A stretch of DNA of 24,980 bases from Nitrososphaeraceae archaeon (GCA_035297365.1 DATGZA010000003.1:1-24980), one strand, 5' to 3'; counted from the first letter of the stretch, positions 1 to 10,780 are shown. Numbers and translations are program-made. The notes: generated by a model not told the origin, from the sequence alone.

Positions 1-308
1 AAACCCTTTGTACAACGAAGATTGTTGATCATTGTTTTAACCGAGGGAAAGCATTTAAAATTTAAATCCCCAAGAAATAATTCTTTTTTCTTGTTGTTAA
101 TTTGTTCGATTTTTGAATTATCCGTAAATTCTTTTAATTGAAAAACTTTTTTAATCAATTGTTTTCCAGGCATACCTTCTAAAGAATAGATCAGTTTTCT
201 ATCAACATCAATCGATGCTATTTCTTTAAATGCTTTTTTCCAAGCTCGATAATGAAATGGCATTGAATCTACTAGAACTCCATCAAGATCAAAAATAATT
301 CCTTTCAA
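1..308 (-). CDS. HAD-family phosphatase (beta-phosphoglucomutase-like), 5' part only; runs off the window edge
   Basis: Manual translation from TTG at 308 gives MKGIIFDLDGVLVDSMPFHYRAWKKAF..., containing HAD motif I (DxDGxLxDS). Not in the ORF track because it is truncated. Confidence 0.9.
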   Translation of the reverse strand, partial: MKGIIFDLDGVLVDSMPFHYRAWKKAFKEIASIDVDRKLIYSLEGMPGKQLIKKVFQLKEFTDNSKIEQINNKKKELFLGDLNFKCFPSVKTMINNLRCTKG

Positions 309-424
309 TAATATTATAGGGATAAAATGATATATAGTAATTTTATTTAATTCTAGGTAATTTGGAAAATGTCCTACCGAATTAGATATTCTAATTAATA
401 TTCGATATCGTGCTAGTATATTAT

Positions 425-577
425 ATGGACAACTATAGATCACAACAGAATTCTAATTACAATTACAATTCATTGAAATGTGATATCGGTAACATCGAAT
501 TTACAACTCCCCAAGAGAAGGACCAGTATATCGAATTAGAAAACAAAAAATAACAAGAACCAACAGGAGTTCAATGA
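425..577 (+). pseudogene. Degenerate C2H2 zinc-finger microprotein
   Basis: ATG425 gives MDNYRSQQNSNYNYNSLKCDIGNIEFTTPQEKDQYIELENKK*QEPTGVQ*. Spacing fits C-x2-[C]-x12-[H]-x4-[H]. The three missing ligands are GGT, TAT and AAC, each one base from TGT, CAT and CAC. Internal TAA at 551-553; T-rich tract after TGA577. Confidence 0.6.
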
Positions 578-1301
578 TTTCTTTTTTCTTTCTTAAAAAC
601 ATCAATTTTTTGGTTTGAATATTTTTGATATAGATATTTAAGAAATGTATTTTCAATGAATCTTTGATATATAGTCAAAAATTTTCTTCCAGCAAACATT
701 GTGATTGATGCATGACTAACAGAATTTTATATCATGACTAATATTATCTTTAATATAACCTTACCTTAATTATATTCAATAAATATACAATTCTTTTTAT
801 TTTACAATTCTTTTTATTTTAGGCCAATAATTTGATATTTTTCTTAAAGTTAGTCATCTTCATAATTTATAAATTAGTTCTTTTAAGTAGATTTATAAAA
901 TTTGAACGAGAAGAGATATCTGCCTCCTTTGGTTGTTTTTTCGATTTTTCAATGAAAAAAGGTCTAACATATTCATGACTTCAGAATATCGTGTCATGAT
1001 TTTTTGACTTTCGCTATTACATCTTTCTTTTCATTAATCATGTTGAGCGTCAGCTCTATACTTCAGATAAGTTTTACTCACCTTCTGACAAAGATTGCTA
1101 TACCTATTATATCTAACACGGATAACCATCTATGCATTTGCAATGCGTTTTTTGAGTTAATCAAATTACGATATATTCGAACTTGTATAGAGTTATATCT
1201 TTTATGTACCTTCTACGGGATGTGAAGGTATCTGCACTCTTTCTAAGTGAATCGTAATCTATATCACCAAGTTAAGCAGCATCAACTAAAAAATGAATAA
1301 T

Positions 1302-1736
1302 TTATTTAAATAGGTCACCTATTGCTTCCCCTATTTTTGAAATCGGATTACTAGTTTGATTTCCCTTGTTTTCTTCTGCGTTGCTTGACTGATTGCCACT
1401 TACAGCTGACTGATTGCCACTTACAGCTGACTGATTGCCACTTACAGCTGACTGATTGCCACTTACAGCTGATTGATTACTTTCTTGACCTAATTTCTGG
1501 AAAATAGATGTATTATCATTTTTAAGACTGGTGCCGTTTGTCAGCATTTCAGTGTTATTTCCCAATACCTTATTCAACTCCTCTACGCTGCCTATTCCTG
1601 GTTTGCCTATGATGTATGGACTAGAATCTGCATTAGTTCCATTTTGTGCCTGAGCTATAACCGTATTTATTCCAACAGTTACAATCCCTAAAATTAAGAT
1701 TAGGAACGCTGTGCCTATACTTGCAATTTTTTTCAT
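1302..1736 (-). CDS. Secreted low-complexity protein with (SAVSGNQ)4 repeats and 10 N-x-S/T sequons
   Basis: Signal peptide-like N-terminus ending VIAQAQ, N/Q/S/T-rich body, in-frame tandem repeat, amphipathic C-terminus ISKIGEAIGDLFK. Confidence 0.85.
   Translation of the reverse strand: MKKIASIGTAFLILILGIVTVGINTVIAQAQNGTNADSSPYIIGKPGIGSVEELNKVLGNNTEMLTNGTSLKNDNTSIFQKLGQESNQSAVSGNQSAVSGNQSAVSGNQSAVSGNQSSNAEENKGNQTSNPISKIGEAIGDLFK
1386..1469. repeat. Perfect 21-bp tandem repeat x4 (TGACTGATTGCCACTTACAGC), coding VNTR
   Basis: Identical units at 1386, 1407, 1428 and 1449, plus a partial degenerate fifth; encodes the 7-aa repeat on the minus strand. Confidence 0.97.
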
Positions 1737-1738
1737 AA

Positions 1739-1939
1739 TTATATATGTATATTAAAGTATAAATTAATTATAGCAAATAATTTAATTTTTAAAAAGTTTA
1801 TTAAATAGGTTTTCTGACAGTCTATTTTTAAAAGATGATCTAATAACATATGTCTTTGCAAATCTCCAAGACAATTTAAGAAATTTTCGCACATTTTACA
1901 TTCATAATATTTTTTTACTTCTTTCATCTCTATAATCAT
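1739..1939 (-). CDS. Small C2H2-type zinc-finger protein
   Basis: YECKMCENFLNCLGDLQRHMLLDH = C-x2-C-x12-H-x4-H. Start may be ATG1927. The AT-rich C-terminal tail may be read-through after loss of the original stop. Confidence 0.65.
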   Translation of the reverse strand: MIIEMKEVKKYYECKMCENFLNCLGDLQRHMLLDHLLKIDCQKTYLINFLKIKLFAIINLYFNIHI

Positions 1940-2437
1940 AATATTTTCATCAAATTAATTAACTGTTGTTTATACAGGGTCTCACTAAGGATGAATAATT
2001 AATATCATATTGATCTTTAGTGACAATTATGAAATAATTACAAAAAAAAATCTTGAAGCGAGAACTACAGTATGATACCTTATTTGATACTATGTGAAAG
2101 TTGAAAACAATAAAAATTTAAGATAGAAAATTAAATACATGGGAAAGTTGTCAGCAATATTTTCATAAGTAATTTTAAGGTCATTGAGAAATCAAGGATA
2201 ACAGATGTTACAATAATTTATTGCACAAATTGATATTCTACAGAGATCTTATTTCCTTTCAGAACATATGAGTGTAATGAAGGATAAAAGGTAGGTAGCA
2301 TGTCAACAAAATATATGCTATAATTTAACTAGTTAAATGATTAATATAGATAAATATTAAATTTTAAATCGACAAAAGAATGTAACGCAGGTCTTACTTT
2401 GTATTCTGCTAATAAAGGATGAGGTATACTTAATAGT

Positions 2438-3712
2438 ATGAAAAGATTCGCAAAAATAATCCATGAGGATTTAAATGCCGGTGGAGGCAGCGAACGCTTC
2501 ACATTTACGTTAATTGAAGCATTACAAGAAATGGGTTTTATTATTGACCTAGAGACTATAACATATCCCAACTGGGAATGTATTAGGAAATCATTTGGAA
2601 ATAGCTACAGTCGACTGATAAGAAATATCAATATTATAGATTTAAAGGACATATTAGGATCATCAATAAAATGGAATCCAAAATTCCCGTTACAAAAGTC
2701 GAATTATGAAAGTAGCGAAAATGAATATGATCTAATTATAAACGCTCATGGAGATATTTTTCCTTATTTTAGGTACGGCTCCGAAAATGTGGACAATCGG
2801 TCAAAAACAAAGATGATAACATACTGTCACTATCCTTTGGTACCACAATTAGTAAAAAATAATTCTTATTCTAATTATCTGAAAAAAATACTGAAACATT
2901 ATTTTCCAGAAGTTAAAAAAGAATATACAAATTTACCATTTGAAAAAATTATTTCCTGTGCATTAATCAACTTTGATCAAATGATGAAAAATACACTTGT
3001 ATTGACAAATTCTTACTTCAGCAAAAATGCAATTGAAACTATTTATGGAGATAGGGTCTTGTCTGTACTTTATCCCCCTGTTGACGTTCAGTATTTTCGA
3101 GAAAATTCATCTTATTTCAAAGACAGAGATAACAGGATAATTGTTATCGCTAGGTATAGTCCCGATAAACAGATAGAAACGGTTCTTAAAATTGCAAAAA
3201 TTTTAAAAGATATGAAAGTAGATTTTGAAGTGGTAATTGTAGGAAACTTATCAGAAGACAATCATGATTATTATCAAAGTCTAGTAAAAGCCAAGTATGT
3301 TATGGGATTAGATAAAAAAGTTATACTATTTAAAAATATGCATCTTACGGACCTAGTAAGTATAATGAATACTTGTAAATTTTTGCTCCATCCAACAAAA
3401 CTGGAGCCTTTTGGAATATCGATAGTTGAAGGAATGAGCAGTGGATTGATCCCTATTGTACCATTTATTGGAGGATATACTGAATTCGTTCCATCGCATT
3501 TACGCTATAGAAATGAAACTGAAGCAGCGTCTATAATTGCTAAGAATATGAATATACCTCATAAAGAAAGAGTAGATGTAAGTAGATCGGTAGAAAAATT
3601 TTCCAAAAAGAACTTTAAGAGAAATGTTAGGAATATAATAGAACGAATATTAGGAGAAGAAATCTACATCTATCCAACGCCTTTGCTTGATACTAAAAAT
3701 CGCAAATTATAA
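2438..3712 (+). CDS. Glycosyltransferase family 4 (GT-B), ALG11-like
   Basis: Motifs NAGGGSER, YCHYP, NSYFS, LYPPVD, RYSPDK and EPFGISIVEGMSSG (E-x7-E) parallel the ALG11/ALG2-type GT4 pattern. Confidence 0.9.
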   Translation: MKRFAKIIHEDLNAGGGSERFTFTLIEALQEMGFIIDLETITYPNWECIRKSFGNSYSRLIRNINIIDLKDILGSSIKWNPKFPLQKSNYESSENEYDLIINAHGDIFPYFRYGSENVDNRSKTKMITYCHYPLVPQLVKNNSYSNYLKKILKHYFPEVKKEYTNLPFEKIISCALINFDQMMKNTLVLTNSYFSKNAIETIYGDRVLSVLYPPVDVQYFRENSSYFKDRDNRIIVIARYSPDKQIETVLKIAKILKDMKVDFEVVIVGNLSEDNHDYYQSLVKAKYVMGLDKKVILFKNMHLTDLVSIMNTCKFLLHPTKLEPFGISIVEGMSSGLIPIVPFIGGYTEFVPSHLRYRNETEAASIIAKNMNIPHKERVDVSRSVEKFSKKNFKRNVRNIIERILGEEIYIYPTPLLDTKNRKL

Positions 3713-4365
3713 AATAATTACAAACGAATCTGCATTAACAACAATATATGAATGCTAATAAATCTTGTCATAAAAATAACATAAGAATCATTATTATCTA
3801 TCAATAGTCAATAGTTAAAAATATCTGTAATCGTAAACAAACTAAATTTTATTAAAACAGATCATGTGATTAATTATGTCAAAGTCAATATTTTGAGTAT
3901 ATTTTAGAATAATACCCACGTGTTAACGTCTTTCAATTTTAAAAATTTATATTAAACTGATATTATTTGTCTAACTTTATTAAAATCTTCGGAATTGGTA
4001 TCCCTATTCAAAAATTGTATTTTGGTAAAAAATATATCATATATTTGAGATTGAAATTTTCCTTTTTGAATGATGTTTAAGAGTCATGTCATTAAAAGAA
4101 TGGTAATTTCGGGAGATTAAAAAATCAAGACAATGCCTCTTTCAGTAACGCGTTTATTTCTTATATCGTATCCAATTAGCAATTCAGATTATATACTTTC
4201 AATTAATGTCGATAATTTTACTTTATTATTACAAATATTCATTGATTCAGGTTATTTCAAAGACTTCTCAATTTAAATACCTAAACAACGATTATTAAAT
4301 TGATTTTAGAAGTCATCTATTTTAATTAAAAATATCCAACTTATAGTATTATTTTACCAAAAGCA

Positions 4366-4373
4366 TTTATAAA
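4366..4373 (+). promoter_or_regulatory. Putative archaeal TATA box for the glycoside hydrolase gene
   Basis: TTTATAAA about 31 bp upstream of ATG4405, preceded by a purine-rich BRE-like CCAAAAGC. The AT-rich background limits confidence. Confidence 0.4.
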
Positions 4374-4404
4374 TCAATTTCTCTCTGATCGGCGATCATT
4401 CCTG

Positions 4405-5763
4405 ATGGCATTAGGACTCTTTAGACATGTAGAAAAGTTGGATACGTTTGTGTCAAATACTACTCAATATATTGCCAAAAGTTCTGAGCCCGGTGGGTAC
4501 TATACTGCGACATGGATGCGAGATGCCTCATATATTTTAAAAGATCAATTTATTTCTGGATATATTTCCCAAACAATTGAAGAACTAAGGTATATTTGGT
4601 CAAACCAAATCGATTATAATACTTCTAGATTGATTTATGGCAGAGGGTCTCCTTCCAACAATTTCACTCCTCGCAGATGTGACCACGATTCAATCAAAAA
4701 GTATTACGGAGCCTTACCAACTACTATATATTCTTCATTTTCAGAAATTTATGCTACTGATCCTGATATAGATTCTACTGCATTAATGATATATACCACT
4801 TCATGGATTCTTTCACATATTTATAAACATATTAATTCTATCAAAAGTGATTATAGTTTTGATATAAAGCCTCTGAACCATGAAAGCTATCTAAATACAG
4901 AATTTTCTAAATTAACGGTAGAATTGATCCCTAAGATATTTAATGCAATAGATTTTCTTTCCACAAAAGATATTGATAATGATGGCATATTGGAACAAAA
5001 TCCAAATGAAGATTGGATGGATACCGCTTTAAGGAACGGAAAAATTGTATATAGCCAAGCTTGTTGGATATTAGCTTTGAAAAATTTTGTAATCCTCCTA
5101 AATTCCTTAGAGAAGTTTGAAGATGCAAAAAAATTAGACACAATAGCACAAAATTCTATTGCATCAATTGAGAAACATCTTTGGTCTGATGAACAAGAAT
5201 GTTACGTAGATAAAATCCGTGATAATGAATCTTATTATGTTGAAAATATGGTAACTCAAGATTCCCTTCTTTATCCATTTGCGCTAGTTAACGATAATTT
5301 TTTGACCGAATCCAATTTATTGGAAAACTCTGCTATTGAATTTAATAAATTTAATACAATCAGTAAAGAAAATCTGTTAAAATGCAATAAGATGCTCCAC
5401 TCAGTAAAAATAAAAATTTGGAATCGATTTCCCACTATAACGGAGAAACCTCTGCTAAAAACGGGTCCATATATTCACAAGCCGTATAATTATCACAATC
5501 ACACGTTTTGGCCATGGATTACTGGTATCGAACTGATGACAAGAATTAGGTTTAATCATATAGACGAATGTGAAAAAATGATATCAAAACTTTTTCTAGG
5601 TAATTCAAATTACGATAATCTTCTTTTTGAATGGGTGAATCCTTTAACACATGTAGGATATGGTGCTTATCCGTTTAGGACGGGCATTTCATCATTACGT
5701 CTTCTTATTTTCGATGTTTTTCGCCTTCTTGGTGTTAAGCTTGGTGAGATAAGAACAAATTGA
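4405..5763 (+). CDS. (alpha/alpha)6-barrel glycoside hydrolase (amylo-alpha-1,6-glucosidase / GDE-C-like)
   Basis: GGYYxxxWMRDAS, DIDSTAL, DxDxDGILEQ..EDWMD and YHNHTFWPW motifs typical of six-hairpin glycosidases. Confidence 0.8.
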   Translation: MALGLFRHVEKLDTFVSNTTQYIAKSSEPGGYYTATWMRDASYILKDQFISGYISQTIEELRYIWSNQIDYNTSRLIYGRGSPSNNFTPRRCDHDSIKKYYGALPTTIYSSFSEIYATDPDIDSTALMIYTTSWILSHIYKHINSIKSDYSFDIKPLNHESYLNTEFSKLTVELIPKIFNAIDFLSTKDIDNDGILEQNPNEDWMDTALRNGKIVYSQACWILALKNFVILLNSLEKFEDAKKLDTIAQNSIASIEKHLWSDEQECYVDKIRDNESYYVENMVTQDSLLYPFALVNDNFLTESNLLENSAIEFNKFNTISKENLLKCNKMLHSVKIKIWNRFPTITEKPLLKTGPYIHKPYNYHNHTFWPWITGIELMTRIRFNHIDECEKMISKLFLGNSNYDNLLFEWVNPLTHVGYGAYPFRTGISSLRLLIFDVFRLLGVKLGEIRTN

Positions 5764-6115
5764 TAATTGGTTAATAATATCTAACATTTATTTATTTTAG
5801 TGTCTACCTTAATTACTAATATAAAAAATAATACTGACAAAAAAATGAGTTTATGTGGATTCAGTGCTTGTAAGGACCTAATGGTGTGGCTGGTGCTATA
5901 ATCATATTTCTCTTCGTAAATAATGATGAAAAAATCAAAAAAAAATCTACAAACAATATTAGCTGACGCATCTCCAATATTTGAAGTAAATCAACAAATT
6001 CATATCCAAAGAAATTTGCAAGAAGCCTAAATTCTAATAGTGGTTTCTACATAATTGAAATCAAGATTTACAGAAAGACCTAATATAGATGTTGTATATA
6101 ATTTAGTCAAAGAAT

Positions 6116-6394
6116 TTGGAAAACAATACGATTGAAATGTTAATTCTTATCAAATATGATGGAGATTTATTAAAGGAAAAAAAATTATTAACAACATGTT
6201 GCCCTTTGTTTAAGCAGGCTTTAAAAAAAAATCTGATCGGTGTCTCCAATTATGATGTGAAGGACTTAAATATATACATTATCGATACATTAGGTTATGC
6301 TGGAGAAAATAATTTGGAATTGTATGAACTTCCAATTTCATACTGCCCATTTTGTGGAATAAAATTTCAAATTAAATCTGTTCTAGAAAACTAA
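6116..6394 (+). CDS. Small hypothetical protein with CC...CPFCG putative Zn site
   Basis: TTCCPLF and ISYCPFCG Cys pairs; TATA-like TAATATAG about 30 bp upstream. Confidence 0.65.
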   Translation: MENNTIEMLILIKYDGDLLKEKKLLTTCCPLFKQALKKNLIGVSNYDVKDLNIYIIDTLGYAGENNLELYELPISYCPFCGIKFQIKSVLEN

Positions 6395-6548
6395 TACATA
6401 AAAGGAAATAAGCTTGTATGTAACAATATGTTGTTTATTGCATATGTAATATAAACTGCATTTTAGAATTTCACTTATACAATAATCTAAATAATAATGA
6501 CTGCCTTACTATAATTATGTACATTTTCTAATTTCAAATTCTTTCGTA

Positions 6549-7535
6549 CTAAAACCTCATAAATAATTTCTTGTGCAAAATCTGAAAGGTTGCGGGAAGA
6601 ACTCCGATTGGTTCGCCATCAACACTAGTGGTTACACTTTTTTCTTTAGATTTTATATGGATTTTCTTGGCTTTAAAATACAAAATGTTATCTTTTTCAA
6701 AATAATTGCCGCTTTTCATCCGGATAAGCCCGTCCAACATCATCAAACTGCCAGAATCTTTAAGAAGTATTACATCTAAATAACCATCTGAAATACCTGA
6801 CTGAGGGGCGACTTTAAATTGTCCCCCTAAATATTTTCCATTTGCAATAATACAAATTGTAACATTTTGGTTTATAGTTATTTTATCGTCAATTGTAATC
6901 TCGAACATATTGCTTGTATAAGTGGGTACGGTTGCAATAATACCTGTTATGGTCGATATTAATCTGCTGTTTATCTTACTTCTGATTTTCTTTGATCTTT
7001 GTATTATTTCAGCTGCTGCCCCAATCTCTACTGCATTAAAACAAATACGAGGTTTTGTAGGTTTTTTTGATACAGGGTTAGTAACAATAGCTGCGATGAC
7101 ATCAATTTTTTTTGGTTTTAATTTATCTAGCGAATTAACACATTCTTCAAACTGTTGTGGCAGACCAAGTGAATTTGCAAACACATTTCTCGTTCCAGAA
7201 GGCAGTATAGAAAATATTGCCTTAGGATTTATATTTTTTATCTGATCTGGTTTATCTGATTTAATAGCTTCAAAAAACCCGTTACCTACCTCATTTATGG
7301 TTCCGTCTCCTCCAACAGCAAGAATCTCCTTGTACCCTTTCTTCAAGTACTGTCTGGCTAAAGATTTACCATCACCGGGTTTCTTTGTGAAGACTATTTT
7401 GGAATTTTTAATTGATTCCGTCAAAGAGTCATACAGCAGATCCTGATTTTTTCCAGTATGTCCACCCTGAGAACTAGGATTTATAATAATTACCCTGCTA
7501 ATTTCCAAATTCTTCAAATAACCACTTTCCACCAA
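6549..7535 (-). CDS. Diacylglycerol/lipid kinase family protein (DAGK/YegS/BmrU)
   Basis: IINPSS, AVGGDGTINEV, LPSGTRNVFA, NGKYLGG, DGYLDV and VDGE motifs. Confidence 0.93.
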   Translation of the reverse strand: MVESGYLKNLEISRVIIINPSSQGGHTGKNQDLLYDSLTESIKNSKIVFTKKPGDGKSLARQYLKKGYKEILAVGGDGTINEVGNGFFEAIKSDKPDQIKNINPKAIFSILPSGTRNVFANSLGLPQQFEECVNSLDKLKPKKIDVIAAIVTNPVSKKPTKPRICFNAVEIGAAAEIIQRSKKIRSKINSRLISTITGIIATVPTYTSNMFEITIDDKITINQNVTICIIANGKYLGGQFKVAPQSGISDGYLDVILLKDSGSLMMLDGLIRMKSGNYFEKDNILYFKAKKIHIKSKEKSVTTSVDGEPIGVLPATFQILHKKLFMRF

Positions 7536-7660
7536 TTATTCATGTGGTCTCATATAATACCTTTGATCTTGCTAATCTTAAAAATTCCATTTATGCCATC
7601 TTTTTGCCATTATTTGTTTGCTGCTCTATCTTCCTTAAATAATATCGGATAATAGCCATT

Positions 7661-8050
7661 TCACTTTTTTCTTTTCATAATTTTTGATCTGACCATGTTT
7701 TGAAGGATATGAGTATTTTCTTCTAATTTGCTCCTTGCATTTTTTTCATTGGCAGCTGCAACTATGATTTCTGATGGACCGAATTTACAGTCATTCAAAT
7801 GAAAAGGAATTTCTAATTCAAGAAGTTCACTTAGAAATTCAAATGTACTCATGAATGTCTTATTACCCTTGTATACAAAAGTAGCACTATTATCATTTAT
7901 TAGAACTTTTTTTTCCACAGGAAACATGAAATTTTCACTTAATATAAAATCTCTAATTTTTCCTTCTAGTTTTTTTAACTTGTCGTCTTTGCTGGCGTTT
8001 CTTGCCTGCTTTACTGTATGAATGCATTCATCTAGTTGATCAAAATTCAT
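7661..8050 (-). CDS. Hypothetical protein
   Basis: 129-aa ATG-started ORF with ordinary globular composition, co-oriented with the flanking genes; no recognised motif. Confidence 0.75.
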   Translation of the reverse strand: MNFDQLDECIHTVKQARNASKDDKLKKLEGKIRDFILSENFMFPVEKKVLINDNSATFVYKGNKTFMSTFEFLSELLELEIPFHLNDCKFGPSEIIVAAANEKNARSKLEENTHILQNMVRSKIMKRKK

Positions 8051-8150
8051 TTTAATATGTATCTAAGTTAATAAATAATAATCATATATTTGTATACACT
8101 ATAATTAGAATAATGCTGATGCGCAATAATCAAATTCGTAGACCAATGTC

Positions 8151-8711
8151 TTAGCTTTTTGGTGACTTCATATAACTTGAGTATTCATATATAGATTTTT
8201 CTTGTATTGTTGTTTGGATTGAGCCAGGTCTAATTTCTCTGATCTTTTTGATTGCTTGTTCTGGTGACAGATTTTCTTTTTTTACTAGATAAGCTGCCAG
8301 TATTGTACCCGTCCTTCCCTTACCTGCTGCACAATGAACCATTACAGGTCTCTTTAATTTGATTTCATTTTCAATAAATTGAACGGTGGAGTCAATCTTT
8401 TGAATCGATGGTACTTTATAATCTTCTACATATAGATGTAAATAATTCATTCTTTTTTCTTGATTTTCTATACCGTCTGACTTCTTATTTTTGTTTAAAC
8501 TTTCTGAAGTGTCAAACCATTTGGGGGGCAATGGAATCTCTCTTAATGTTATAATAGTTTGAATACCTTTACTTTGTATCCATTGAAACTGCTCAAATGT
8601 AAGTGGCAATCCACTTCCCGCTAATTTATCTTTTATGACCCAGCTAAAATTTGTGGGACGAGCAGAAATCTTACTACTAATCCATCTATATAAATCCCCA
8701 ATTAAGGTCAT
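8151..8711 (-). CDS. Dual-specificity protein phosphatase (PTP/DSP family)
   Basis: P-loop VHCAAGKGRTG (HCx5R), NFSWV N-terminus, general-acid loop VEDYKVP, C-terminal RPGSIQT..Q. Confidence 0.95.
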   Translation of the reverse strand: MTLIGDLYRWISSKISARPTNFSWVIKDKLAGSGLPLTFEQFQWIQSKGIQTIITLREIPLPPKWFDTSESLNKNKKSDGIENQEKRMNYLHLYVEDYKVPSIQKIDSTVQFIENEIKLKRPVMVHCAAGKGRTGTILAAYLVKKENLSPEQAIKKIREIRPGSIQTTIQEKSIYEYSSYMKSPKS

Positions 8712-9384
8712 CAGTTATTTATTATAAATACAATATAATTTATATAATGTTATTTTTCAATTTCGACACTAGATATTTTAGGTTATTGGTTTGATAGCAG
8801 TTATTATATTGCATATCAAGGGGTTTAGGCAATTTTCTCAATTGAAATTTTTGTCGATGATGTCTGTATTAAAAAGGATTTGAAGTCGAGGCTTACATCT
8901 AGTAATTTTCAATATGCTGTTCAGGAAACTAATCTACTTCTTTTGAGGTTTAGTGAACAAGACATTTTTAGAGCAGGTTCTATGAATAAATCATCTCCAC
9001 TACTACAATTTTTAGCAACGAAGTAATAAAAAAGTAATACTACTTTTATACTCTGACTTTTAATATGTTCGATCAGAACAACAGTTGTTTACTACCGAAA
9101 TTAAGTTATTTTCTGTTATCTTCTAATTTTTGACCTTTGACTCATAGCAAAGTGGGAAAATTCCTCGCGTCCATCTTACATTTAGTTTGGTTGTTGTCAG
9201 TACATCCTGGTAAATGATTTTCCGATGTGGAGTGAGACATAAAATTTTTAACCAGAGCTAGCTCTTGAAATTGAATTTTCATTTATTTTTAAATTTATTC
9301 AAAAGAATTTAGGCAAAAAATAGTCCTTTCTGTGGATTTAATTACACATTAACTATATGAGTACGATTTAGTTATAATGAAAAT

Positions 9385-9897
9385 ATGTTGATAGAGTTAT
9401 TTTCATTAGGAATAATATCGGATGCGTTTAAGACTGACAATGTAATTATCTCATCTATAATTTTCAGGACCGCAATTACAACCATATTTATTTTATTTGC
9501 GATAAAACTTCTAGGTAACAAGGGTATAGGTCAACTTACGACTACAGAACTTATAATACTGTTGGGACTTGGTTCTGCCATAGGCGATCCAATGATTTCA
9601 GAGATATCAATACCACACGCTTTTAGCGCCGTGCTAGTGGTTATAGGAATGTTCAAACTTTATGATTACTTAACAATGAAAAGTAAGATTTTTAATAAAA
9701 TCATAACGCCTAAACCTATATTGTTGGTTAAAAATGGACAGTTTCTAGAAGGTGCATTAGAAAAAGCTAAAATCGCGAAGAATGAATTCGAGTCGCACAT
9801 GCGATTGCACGGTACGGACGATCTATCAGATATACGATTATCTTATCTAGAGATTAATGGACAGATAAGCTTTATTATGAATAAATCATCATTTTAA
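9385..9897 (+). CDS. DUF421/YetF-family membrane protein
   Basis: Three TM segments, GxKxIGQLT, GDPM, PILLVKNGQ and YLEINGQIS motifs. Confidence 0.9.
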   Translation: MLIELFSLGIISDAFKTDNVIISSIIFRTAITTIFILFAIKLLGNKGIGQLTTTELIILLGLGSAIGDPMISEISIPHAFSAVLVVIGMFKLYDYLTMKSKIFNKIITPKPILLVKNGQFLEGALEKAKIAKNEFESHMRLHGTDDLSDIRLSYLEINGQISFIMNKSSF

Positions 9898-10271
9898 GAT
9901 ACAAAAAATGTAAATGATGGTAAAACGAAATGGAAATCGCATAACTATTTTTGTTAAATCAATAAATTTAAGCAGAATTTAATAGTTAAAATGTACAGAT
10001 TTGAGATAAATACAAATTTAATATTGATATCGAAATTTTGATTTTAATTGACTATCATTATAATAATAACTAAAACTTAAGGATTTTGAAAATTATTTGG
10101 AACATTTCTGATTTTAAACCGTTATTCTTTAATATAGTTACAAATTAAAAAATATTAAAATAATTGAAAATCTAATAGAAAACAAAAGTGTGAATTTAAC
10201 AAAATAACTCTATTATATTATAATATACGAAAATCGAGGCACAAATAAAAAATAATTGACGAAGCTCTCAC

Positions 10272-10442
10272 TCATACTACAGCATATACCAAATAGACAA
10301 TAACTAGTATTATTCCGATAACAAGAAGAATCGAACCTATAACATACATGATACGCGCAGGGAGTGCTGGGAGCAGTCGGTTTATAAATAACACTATTAT
10401 ACCCACAATAATTAGGGCAATACCACTTTCTAGAGATACCAT
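10272..10442 (-). CDS. 56-aa two-TM membrane microprotein (missed by the ORF track)
   Basis: ATG10442 gives MVSLESGIALIIVGIIVLFINRLLPALPARIMYVIGSILLVIGIILVIVYLVYAVV* (TGA 10272-10274), a hydrophobic hairpin with a short Pro/Arg loop. TATA-like TTTATAAT lies a short distance upstream. Confidence 0.75.
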   Translation of the reverse strand: MVSLESGIALIIVGIIVLFINRLLPALPARIMYVIGSILLVIGIILVIVYLVYAVV

Positions 10443-10585
10443 TTAACAATATTATAAATGATCATGCTAATATATTTTGTTGACCAAGTATAGGAATTTT
10501 AATATTATAAAAAGAAAAGTAAGTTTTAGACATTTTTTAAAAATGGACCCTCATCTTAATATAGTTTAATGTGTAATATAGTATA

Positions 10586-10780
10586 ATGGTAGATATAAAA
10601 AAGGAAACAGAGTATAAAGTAGATACAGATAGCGAAACTGATTATAGTGATTCGGATGAAGGTGCAGGAGATAAAATAAAGGCGGGGTTGAAGGCCGTAG
10701 GTAAAAAAATACAGGATCCTGATAGAGATTTAGAAACTGAATACGAGAAAGAAAAAGCAAAAGAGGCACCACTAGATTGA
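10586..10780 (+). CDS. Small hydrophilic charged protein (hydrophilin-like)
   Basis: 64 aa rich in D/E/K, duplicated ETEY motif, helix GDKIKAGLKAVGKKIQDPDRDLETEY; its stop overlaps the next start (TTGA). Confidence 0.75.
   Translation: MVDIKKETEYKVDTDSETDYSDSDEGAGDKIKAGLKAVGKKIQDPDRDLETEYEKEKAKEAPLD

Noticed and set aside
1004-1225. 73-aa plus-strand ORF
   Set aside because: TTG start, no motif, and composition expected from T-rich non-coding DNA; the region may be an unidentifiable gene remnant.
1386-1469. Tandem repeat as a CRISPR array
   Set aside because: The units are contiguous with no spacers, lie in frame within a CDS, and no cas genes are present.
2341-7652. ORFs 2341-2571, 4887-5141, 4940-5149, 6573-6779, 6922-7245 and 7458-7652
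   Set aside because: Antisense overlaps of well-supported genes.
8720-9380. Short ORFs in the gap between the phosphatase and DUF421 genes
   Set aside because: No recognisable motif or convincing promoter; cannot be supported without a homology search.
10213-10449. 78-aa Cys-rich ORF as a metallothionein or RiPP precursor
   Set aside because: It is an off-frame shadow of the better 56-aa two-TM ORF (10272-10442); Cys/Tyr richness arises from shifted Val/Ile/Leu codons.
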